A stretch of DNA of 28,399 bases, from positions 1-28,399 of IMG/VR virus record IMGVR_UViG_3300012942_000110, one strand, 5' to 3'. The stretch is from a virus. Lineage: Duplodnaviria > Caudoviricetes. Every line of letters begins with the position of its first letter. The first letter of the stretch is position 1. Below are positions 1 through 5,950 of this stretch, in pieces. Under the pieces are notes generated by a model. That model saw only the letters and a program-made list of their open reading frames with translations. It ran no database searches and had not been told where the DNA came from. The translations under genes and the position numbers were made by a program.

Positions 1-157
1 CGTACGCCGTGACCGTGCTGGAGTCGTACGCCCTGACCGTGCTGGAGCCGTACGCCGTGACCGTGCTGGAGCCGTACGCCCTGACCGTGCTGGAGTCGTA
101 CGCCCTGACCGTGCTGGAGCCGTACGCCGTGACCGTGCTGGAGCCGTACGCCGTGAC
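1..157. repeat. 24-bp tandem repeat, at least 6.5 copies (cgtacgcc[g/c]tgaccgtgctggag[c/t])
   Basis: Units start at 1, 25, 49, 73, 97, 121 and 145 (partial); only two variable positions. Confidence 0.97.
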
Positions 158-277
158 GGACTTGTCCTGATTATCCGAGATGGTGAGCCAAACCCCGGAA
201 GGCGACTCGATGCTGATTTCCGTGACGCGCTTGTTGCTGAGAGCCGCGTCAAGCTCTTCCTGAGTGGTTACCTTCAT
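1..277 (-). CDS. Octapeptide-repeat (SSTVTAYG-type, probable beta-solenoid) phage protein, truncated by the window edge
   Basis: My translation from ATG at 277: MKVTTQEELDAALSNKRVTEISIESPSGVWLTISDNQDKSVTAYG(SSTV[T/R]AY[G/D])n; open to position 1; not in the ORF track. Confidence 0.8.
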   Translation of the reverse strand, partial: MKVTTQEELDAALSNKRVTEISIESPSGVWLTISDNQDKSVTAYGSSTVTAYGSSTVRAYDSSTVRAYGSSTVTAYGSSTVRAYDSSTVTAY

Positions 278-278
278 G

Positions 279-319
279 CGGGCGGCACGGAATCGAACCG
301 TGCTGCAACCATTCGCCCG
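279..319 (-). ncRNA. tRNA-like minihelix 1 (acceptor-like stem plus T-arm, no anticodon arm)
   Basis: Minus strand: CGGGCG-AATGGTTGCA-GCACGG-TTCGATT-CCGTGC-CGCCCG; canonical T-loop, 6+6 = 12 stacked bp. Confidence 0.7.
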
Positions 320-320
320 A

Positions 321-481
321 GCGCTATGCCGTGCGCCAACGTCCAGACGTGTTGCACATCTCGTCTGCCTCTGATGCCCCATGCCGCGGGCCGCGTCCAA
401 CCGTGTTGCTCAGCCCGGTTGCCTCATTGGTGCTGATTGCCGCTGCACCCGCGTCCCGGAGGTTGCTAACCATCCGGCCTC
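321..481 (-). ncRNA. Array of three two-hairpin structured RNA units (429-481, 376-425, 321-371)
   Basis: Each unit is GAGG-stem-12 nt loop containing GCAAC-stem-GACG, then 2-3 nt, then stem-loop containing CGGCA-stem; stem sequences differ but pairing is kept in all three. Confidence 0.7.
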
Positions 482-590
482 TCATATGTCGCAGTCCCTC
501 CGCACCACACCCGGTATCGGTCGCGTCTGCCGTTATTCGTCGCCGTTCCCCCGCATTGGCCTTGGGTGGTCGTGGGGAGGGCTATATCAG

Positions 591-631
591 CGCCTGATGC
601 CGGAATCGAACCGGCGTTGCCAGGTCAGGCG
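591..631 (-). ncRNA. tRNA-like minihelix 2
   Basis: Minus strand: CGCCTGA-CCTGGCAAC-GCCGG-TTCGATT-CCGGC-A-TCAGGCG; 7+5 bp; includes the TGA stop of the xis-like gene. Confidence 0.7.
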
Positions 632-822
632 GCGCGCCTCTTGCGGGGCCGCGGAAGATGCGGGTTGGCCTGCGCGGCAGCCATGCGCTCGATCACGTCA
701 TCGGGAAAGCGCCACTTATTGCCGACCTTCACGGCACCCGGAATCTTGCCGTGCTTCGCGTACTGGGAAACCGTCTGCTCAGTGCACGCAAGCGCGACGG
801 CGAGCTGGGCGGTGGTCATCAT
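625..822 (-). CDS. MerR-like/HTH_17 DNA-binding protein, putative excisionase
   Basis: MMTTAQLAVALACTEQTVSQYAKHGKIPGAVKVGNKWRF fits the excisionase-type winged-HTH pattern; ATGA overlap with the upstream gene. Confidence 0.8.
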   Translation of the reverse strand: MMTTAQLAVALACTEQTVSQYAKHGKIPGAVKVGNKWRFPDDVIERMAAAQANPHLPRPRKRRAA

Positions 823-1034
823 CGGCTCGCCTCCACGTCCGCTTCGATCGCCCTGTAGAAGTCGTACGGGTTCGCCCCGTAGTTGTCGCGGAGCTTCATC
901 GCGGCACCAACACCGATCTGCGCGACGTTGGTGAGGCGGATGCCTGTTGATTTGAGAAGGTCTGCGAGGTCTTCGCCGTTGGCGTCAGCTACGTTGCTGA
1001 GGTATTCGGCGGTTTTCGCTGATCCGTTGTCCAT
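819..1034 (-). CDS. Cro-like small DNA-binding protein (first early gene)
   Basis: 71 aa, divergent from the repressor, HTH-like segment EDLADLLKSTGI; called mainly from position. Confidence 0.6.
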   Translation of the reverse strand: MDNGSAKTAEYLSNVADANGEDLADLLKSTGIRLTNVAQIGVGAAMKLRDNYGANPYDFYRAIEADVEASR

Positions 1035-1224
1035 GCAGATATGGAAGCACGTCTATTTGGACATTGCAAGCATGACATTGATGTAATTTGTCCTCGCTTT
1101 GGAGGACCGTGATTGTCGGCTAGACACAAGCGAGTCGCGCGTGGATCTCGCGCGCGTTCACACAAGCCTCAAGGTTTCGTCAAGCCCCTGGGAGATTCCG
1201 CCAATTGGACGCTATTTTGTGTCC
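1035..1224. promoter_or_regulatory. Divergent cro/repressor control region with candidate operators and leaderless promoters
   Basis: AT-richer intergenic. Near-palindromes GTCTATTTGGAC (1051-1062) and CGCCAATTGGAC (1199-1210), plus TGTCGGCTAGACA (1114-1126). TATTTT at 1213-1218 lies 6 nt before the repressor ATG; TTGCAA at 1064-1069. Confidence 0.55.
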
Positions 1225-1485
1225 ATGACGAAACGCGAACCGGAAGCTCTCGCCATTGGCGACATACTCCGCGAGAACGCTGAAGAGCAAGGCAAGACGC
1301 GAGCCCACCTGATGAAAGTGGCCGGCGTCAGCAAAGCCGCCCTCGAGCGCTACCTCGGCCTGCCGGGTCGCACGAGCATCGACGAGCGGCGCGAGATACC
1401 GCTAATCGCGGCAGCGCGACTGGCCACCGACCTGCGCCTCGACTTCAATTGGCTGCTTGACGAAGCGAAGCGCAGAGCGCAGTAA
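1225..1485 (+). CDS. Immunity repressor (XRE-family HTH), 86 aa
   Basis: MTKREPEALAIGDILRENAEEQGKTRAHLMKVAGVSKAALERYL...IPLIAAARLATDL; divergent from the cro-like gene; ATG 1225 preferred over the ORF-track start at 1099. Confidence 0.8.
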   Translation: MTKREPEALAIGDILRENAEEQGKTRAHLMKVAGVSKAALERYLGLPGRTSIDERREIPLIAAARLATDLRLDFNWLLDEAKRRAQ

Positions 1486-1603
1486 CAAGCTCCTCGAACG
1501 TCACGCCTGCGATGTCCGCCAACATTCTGCCTTGCTTGAACGTCAACTCCGGTGTTGCGTGGATGAACTGGACGGCTTTCTCAAGCCTGGCAGATGTCGG
1601 CAT
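1445..1603 (-). CDS. 52-aa small protein resembling the C-terminal helices of XRE proteins
   Basis: MPTSARLEKAVQFIHATPELTFKQGRMLADIAGVTFEELVTALCASLRQAAN; AAGGGGAA RBS just upstream; below the ORF-track cut-off. Confidence 0.55.
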   Translation of the reverse strand: MPTSARLEKAVQFIHATPELTFKQGRMLADIAGVTFEELVTALCASLRQAAN

Positions 1604-1778
1604 TGCTTTCCCCTTGAAGCGTGGGCGGTTCCGTGCGCCCTGATTCGAAGGTAGGTTGCATCGCCGACATTGAGAAGGTCGGATGGGCGCGTTCCCCTCT
1701 AAGTGGGGGTGAGACGGATCAGTCTCAATCGGTGTTGCTTCGGGCGCGTTGGCGTAACGGTGTCCCTATGTTTCGCTG

Positions 1779-2021
1779 GTGCCCGAGTCCAGGCGTTCCC
1801 GAGCGTTCAGAACCGCTGGTGTCATCGTTGATGCGATCCGGGAAGCGCAGCGCCGTTCGGGTATGACAGTTGACGAGCTGGCGCAGTCGATTGACGTTTC
1901 GCGGCGTCAGGTGCACCGCTATTGGCGTGGTGATGCGGTGATGCCGCTTTGGGTTGCGGTGGGGTTGGCGGATGCGTTGGGGGTCGATTTGGCGAAGGTT
2001 CTGCGCCGGTCGAGGGGCTGA
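1779..2021 (+). CDS. Second XRE/Cro-C1-type HTH protein, 80 aa
   Basis: IREAQRRSGMTVDELAQSIDVSRRQVHRYWRG...LADALGV is a classic XRE pattern; TATGTT (1767-1772) lies 6 nt before the GTG, suggesting a leaderless transcript. Confidence 0.8.
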   Translation: MPESRRSRAFRTAGVIVDAIREAQRRSGMTVDELAQSIDVSRRQVHRYWRGDAVMPLWVAVGLADALGVDLAKVLRRSRG

Positions 2022-2025
2022 ATTC

Positions 2026-2267
2026 GTGTTGGCGGCGCCAACACCGACCGTCGACGGTGCCCGAAAACCGGCGAAAATCAGAGGTTCCTGTGTTGCCGCG
2101 CTGATAGGCTTCGATGGTCGTTCTGCCCAGTGTTTTCTAGGGCGAAACGCCGATCTGATCTGGAATTCCAGAAAGGGTTCAAGTCCCTTTTCCCGCACCC
2201 TGATACCCTAGTAATGGCGCGGAAGTTCGCTCCGCGTGTTGGCCTAAAGCCAACAACACGCCAACAC
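2026..2267. other. attP: core equal to a tRNA 3' end (2173-2199) with flanking integrase arm-type repeats
   Basis: AAGGG-TTCAAGT-CCCTT-TTCCCGC-A-CC is a T-arm, acceptor 3' strand and discriminator A (Leu-like, inference). GCCAACAM motif at 2026-2033(rc), 2037-2044, 2236-2243(rc), 2249-2256 and 2260-2267. Confidence 0.8.
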
Positions 2268-2280
2268 GCTAGGAGATCCC

Positions 2281-2529
2281 ATGGTTGAGGGGTTCGTGCC
2301 AGACACAGACGACGTGCGCAATCGCTACGCCACGGTAGATTTCAGTACCTACGAAACGAGCGACGCGGATCTGGCGGAGTTCGACCGCTGGCTTACCAAG
2401 CACGATGCCGAAGTAGGCAAGCAGGCGCTGCTGGACGCGGCAGATGCGGCGTACTGGACGCTCGTGCAAGAGAAGAAGACGCTCGGGATGCCGACAGACG
2501 AGTGGCTTCGCGCGCGCGCCAATGGCTAG
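2281..2529 (+). CDS. Hypothetical phage protein (EFDRWL...WLRARA type), 82 aa
   Basis: AGGAG RBS at 2271-2275; overlaps the integrase start by 8 nt. Confidence 0.75.
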   Translation: MVEGFVPDTDDVRNRYATVDFSTYETSDADLAEFDRWLTKHDAEVGKQALLDAADAAYWTLVQEKKTLGMPTDEWLRARANG

Positions 2530-3700
2530 CGTTCATCCGCGCAGGCTCTCGACGGGTGAGATTGCGTGGCGGGTGATGGGCCGTGCGGGCGGCAAGCAGG
2601 TCCAGAAATCGTTCGTCAAAGAGGATGACGCGGACGCGTTCAAACGGCTCGCTGACAGGCTCGGATGGTCGAACGCAGTTACGACATGGGAACGCCGCGA
2701 AGGACGCGCCGAACCACTCACCTTGCGCGACTGGACACGCAAATACCTCGACCGCGAATCCGGCATCCTCACCGGCATCGAACCCATGACCCGGAAACGG
2801 TACCTGAGCATGGCCGAACGGTCATTCCTGACCTACCTGGGCGACGTGCCCCTCGACACGCTCCAACGCGAAGACGTCGGCGCGTGGATCGAATGGCAGG
2901 CCGAGCAGACGCACAAGAGTCCGCGCGGCCACAACAAGCCGAAGATGTACAGCTCGAAGACGATCAAGAACATGCACTCGGTTCTGTCGGCGGCGCTCGA
3001 GGCGGCGAACCAACGCGACCTGATCCACAAGAACGTCGCCAAGGGTGCGCCCATCCCCCAGGGCCTCAAAGAAGAGCCGGTGTTCCTCAGCAAAGCCGAC
3101 TACTTCAAGCTGTACGAAGCGATGGACGACCGGTTCAAAGGGTTCGTCGAGTTCCTCGTTTCGTCGCAGTGCCGGTTCAGTGAAGCGACCGCGCTCGCCT
3201 GGGGTCACGTCAACACGGACAGCGAACCACCTACCGTCAACATTGTTCGCGCGTGGAAGCTGACCGGTGAGGGTCGCAAGAAGAAACTCGGGCCCCCGAA
3301 AACGCGCATGGGGCGCCGCACCATCGCGTTGTGGGATGACGTAATCGAGAAGATGGGTCCGCGCGGCGACCGCGACGAGTTCGTATTCACCGCAGTCCAA
3401 GGCGGACCGATCGACCAAGCCAACTTCTACGAACGCTACTGGACCCCAGCAGTCAAACGCGCCGGCATCGACCCGACCACTTCCCCGCACGATCTCCGTC
3501 ACACCGGCGCGTCATGGCTCATCGCAGACGGTGTGCCGCTCACGTTCATTCAACGGCGCCTCGGACACGAATCAATCCAAACGACGAGTGACACCTACGG
3601 GCATTTGCTCCCCGACGCGCACACGCGCATGGCCGCGAGCCTGCAAGGGACACTCACGCGCGTCGGCTTTGAACTGCCCGCTGTCGGCAGTGCCGGTTAG
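2522..3700 (+). CDS. int: Tyrosine integrase, about 392 aa
   Basis: Catalytic set CRFSE (R), PKT (K), HDLRH (HxxR), LGH and TYGH (Y); N-terminal arm-binding-like segment AWRVMGR...QKSF; start at ATG 2522 (MASVHPR). Confidence 0.96.
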   Translation: MASVHPRRLSTGEIAWRVMGRAGGKQVQKSFVKEDDADAFKRLADRLGWSNAVTTWERREGRAEPLTLRDWTRKYLDRESGILTGIEPMTRKRYLSMAERSFLTYLGDVPLDTLQREDVGAWIEWQAEQTHKSPRGHNKPKMYSSKTIKNMHSVLSAALEAANQRDLIHKNVAKGAPIPQGLKEEPVFLSKADYFKLYEAMDDRFKGFVEFLVSSQCRFSEATALAWGHVNTDSEPPTVNIVRAWKLTGEGRKKKLGPPKTRMGRRTIALWDDVIEKMGPRGDRDEFVFTAVQGGPIDQANFYERYWTPAVKRAGIDPTTSPHDLRHTGASWLIADGVPLTFIQRRLGHESIQTTSDTYGHLLPDAHTRMAASLQGTLTRVGFELPAVGSAG

Positions 3701-3709
3701 TCTCGCCGC

Positions 3710-3841
3710 ATGACCCCCGCGACCGAACCGGCCACGTGCGAACTCTGTCGCGGTGTCCAGTTGACCAGGATGACGAGCGACGCGGCACGGTTCATCTGCC
3801 CGCGATGCGGCATGGAACGCGAGCCTGGTGCCGGAACCTGA
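3710..3841 (+). CDS. 43-aa zinc-ribbon microprotein (CxxC...CPxCG)
   Basis: MTPATEPATCELCRGVQLTRMTSDAARFICPRCGMEREPGAGT; TAGTCT -10-like hexamer 6 nt upstream. Confidence 0.6.
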   Translation: MTPATEPATCELCRGVQLTRMTSDAARFICPRCGMEREPGAGT

Positions 3842-4067
3842 AGCCGGTGCCGATTCTCGGGAGAGGCTGGCTCTGGCGGCAACACCGTCGCCTGAACCGA
3901 TTGGAGCGACCAAATTGTCCTCATCCACCACCTCGATCGCTGACGCGTACCCGCAGCCGCCGGCATTGGCCGAGTGCGGGCACGTGTTCGTCGCGCTGCC
4001 AGAACACGGCATCAACGATGTGAGCTGCGCTGAGCCGAGTTGCGCGAACTACTGGTGCCGCTCGTAG
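3828..4067 (+). CDS. Possible small Cys/His-rich protein
   Basis: C-terminus CGH...H...C...C...C ends just before a terminator; start and reality uncertain. Confidence 0.35.
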   Translation: MPEPEAGADSRERLALAATPSPEPIGATKLSSSTTSIADAYPQPPALAECGHVFVALPEHGINDVSCAEPSCANYWCRS

Positions 4068-4077
4068 ACGCAGAGAG

Positions 4078-4117
4078 GCCCCCGACCCGCTCGAGAAGAG
4101 TGAGCCGGGGGCTTTTT
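4078..4117 (+). terminator. Intrinsic terminator after the integrase operon
   Basis: GCCCCCG (4078-4084) pairs with CGGGGGC (4106-4112), followed by TTTTT. Confidence 0.8.
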
Positions 4118-4190
4118 GTTCTGCATCGTGTCACTGTGATACCGAATTGGGGGGTTTTAAAGTGTCAACATGTGGCGTAACGTCCGCCGC

Positions 4191-4793
4191 ATGAAACGAG
4201 GACTTGTCGTCTTGGCGTTCGTCGCGGGCGTGGCTCTCGCGGGGTGCTCCGCGTCAGGCCCGGTAAAGGGAACTCCCGCACCAACGCACGCGGTTGCAGC
4301 GGCTTCCACACCAACCGCAACGGCAACAGCCAGGGCTGCGCTCGGAACGCGCGCGAACCCGTTCCCATTGAACACTCCCGGGAAATATGACCCCGCATCG
4401 ATGTGGACCTTTACCTTCACGGCTGTCAACGGCGATGCGTGGCCGACCGTCAAGCAGGATGACCCCGAACTGAATGAGGCGCCTGATCCCGGCACAACGT
4501 ATGTGCTGGGAACGGTGAAGATCGATGCGGGGACTTCCGAGACCGCCGAGAATCCGGAAACGGACCTCAACTTCAACTACGTGGGTTCGGATGGAAACAC
4601 CTACCCGGCCGATCCAGATCAGTGCGGCGACTTGGGTAGCACTGATCTGACGGATGCGACGGACATGTATTCGGGAGCGTCGCGTACGTTCTCGATTTGC
4701 GCGCAGGTCCCTATTGCGGCGGCGCACGGTGGCACGTGGGCGATCAACTACGTGGACGGGACTTCTCCCACCGCGTTCTTCAAGGGCGCGTGA
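4191..4793 (+). CDS. Lipoprotein (about 200 aa), candidate superinfection-exclusion or lysogenic-conversion factor
   Basis: Signal MKRGLVVLAFVAGVALAG-C with lipobox LAGC, Thr/Ala/Pro linker, GTRANP motif, beta-rich domain with two Cys; TAACGT 7 nt before the ATG. Confidence 0.85.
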   Translation: MKRGLVVLAFVAGVALAGCSASGPVKGTPAPTHAVAAASTPTATATARAALGTRANPFPLNTPGKYDPASMWTFTFTAVNGDAWPTVKQDDPELNEAPDPGTTYVLGTVKIDAGTSETAENPETDLNFNYVGSDGNTYPADPDQCGDLGSTDLTDATDMYSGASRTFSICAQVPIAAAHGGTWAINYVDGTSPTAFFKGA

Positions 4794-4814
4794 TTGACGG
4801 TAGGGTTAAACGCG

Positions 4815-4870
4815 GAAAGTGCCCCGCACGAGGAGATTCCGTGAAGGAACCTACCCGTGCGGGGCGTTTC
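4815..4870. terminator. Long hairpin, probable bidirectional terminator between convergent lipoprotein and holin genes
   Basis: gaaagtGCCCCGCACG ... CGTGCGGGGCgtttc inverted repeat. Confidence 0.65.
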
Positions 4871-4878
4871 TATGGGTA

Positions 4879-5199
4879 CTACTTGACGATGGTTACCGGT
4901 ACCGATGCTGATGTGGTCGCCGCTTCGGGAACGGCTGGCGCGGGAGCACTGTCTGCGGGTGCTGCGGGAGTCGACGTGACCGTGACTTCCTCCGCAGCTA
5001 CTTCCTTCTTGAACCAGGCTGCAGCAGACGACACAACACCCGTTGCGAGCGCGAACGTCGGCGCCTGCAGAGCGCCAAGGCCAGTGAACCAGGACGGTTC
5101 GATCGACGCGGCGATACCGGATACGGCGGCGCAACCGATGGCGGTCAGCAGGCCCGTGAACACCTTCGGGCTGATGGGGATGACTGTCTTGGTGGTCAT
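4879..5199 (-). CDS. Putative holin (2 TM segments)
   Basis: Two hydrophobic helices, AAWFKKE after TM2, last gene of the lysis cassette, AAGGAG RBS. Confidence 0.7.
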   Translation of the reverse strand: MTTKTVIPISPKVFTGLLTAIGCAAVSGIAASIEPSWFTGLGALQAPTFALATGVVSSAAAWFKKEVAAEEVTVTSTPAAPADSAPAPAVPEAATTSASVPVTIVK

Positions 5200-5220
5200 G
5201 ACACTCCTTTGATTGGGTGG

Positions 5221-5493
5221 TTAGCGCATGAGCGTGTCGCGGGCTTCGCGGAGCACGGCACGTTCGTCGTCTGTGAGGTCCGGTGCGTGCCCGAAACGGT
5301 CGATGATGCCGACGCAGACTTGGTAGAGTTGCACGAATACTCGGTAGTCGCGGCGTTGCGCTATCACTTCGGGGAGCTCGAGCGGTTCGCGGGGTTTCCG
5401 TTTCGACAGTAGGTACGAGAGGCCGTAGAACGTGGCGACGATGGCGGCGGGTATGGTGCCCGCGCCGACGATGGAACTGACTTCAGGCGGCAT
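5221..5493 (-). CDS. Single-TM membrane protein of the lysis cassette
   Basis: N-terminal hydrophobic helix followed by a charged helical domain; position. Confidence 0.7.
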   Translation of the reverse strand: MPPEVSSIVGAGTIPAAIVATFYGLSYLLSKRKPREPLELPEVIAQRRDYRVFVQLYQVCVGIIDRFGHAPDLTDDERAVLREARDTLMR

Positions 5494-5950
5494 GCTTCCT
5501 CCCCGCGCGCACGTGCAAGAACACGGCCTGCGCTACGGGGACGACGCTCATTTGGACCGCGATGAGCAGGTACACCGTCTTGTCGCCGCCTCCGCTGTGC
5601 ATGAAGTTGACGACGGCTACGACGAAGCTGAGGATCATCGCCGCGAGCACGCTCACCGCCGCGCGTTCGAAGTTCTCGAGCCGTTCGGACGTGACGGTGG
5701 CCGCTGCCACAATCCCGGCCGCGCACACGAAGATGCCCCACCATGCGGTCACCTCGGGGCCGACTGCGTGCAGCAGGAGGTCCGGGTTCGTGTCGAGCCA
5801 CGTGCCGGCGCCTACGGCCGCGCAGGTCATGTAGACGAGGAACAGCACGAACCTGTTGAAGATGACCGGGCCAGCCCACCACGCGCGCAGTTGTCGAAAC
5901 ACCTGACGCACCACGATGCGCCTACTTCGAACCGACAGTGACGCTGACAT
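5483..5950 (-). CDS. Four-TM membrane protein of the lysis cassette (holin-like)
   Basis: About four hydrophobic segments; directly after the endolysin; start uncertain. Confidence 0.75.
   Translation of the reverse strand: MSASLSVRSRRIVVRQVFRQLRAWWAGPVIFNRFVLFLVYMTCAAVGAGTWLDTNPDLLLHAVGPEVTAWWGIFVCAAGIVAAATVTSERLENFERAAVSVLAAMILSFVVAVVNFMHSGGGDKTVYLLIAVQMSVVPVAQAVFLHVRAGRKHAA

Noticed and set aside
1-157. CRISPR array
   Set aside because: Repeats are contiguous with no spacers and are in frame within a CDS
321-481. CRISPR mini-array or TIGR-like guide array
   Set aside because: The variable segments pair with each other as stems instead of being free spacers, and no cas or Nop-domain gene is visible in the window
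324-485. 53-aa minus-strand ORF (MRGRMVSNLRD...) over the structured units
   Set aside because: GGAGG is 11 nt away, the peptide has no recognisable features, and stem covariation is better explained by RNA structure; cannot be fully excluded as a leader peptide
279-631. Genuine tRNA genes or known self-cleaving ribozymes
   Set aside because: No D or anticodon arms and no CCA; I could not fit hammerhead, HDV/theta, twister or pistol consensus by eye
331-950. Plus-strand ORFs of 88, 189 and 122 aa
   Set aside because: Antisense to the early operon, Arg/Pro-rich, no motifs
2173-2199. Full tRNA gene
   Set aside because: Only the T-arm and acceptor 3' strand are present; no matching 5' half upstream, so read as the attP core
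1225-2199. Integration-dependent immunity (attP inside the repressor gene)
   Set aside because: The core lies outside both HTH genes, and the integrase keeps an N-terminal arm-binding-like region with arm repeats present
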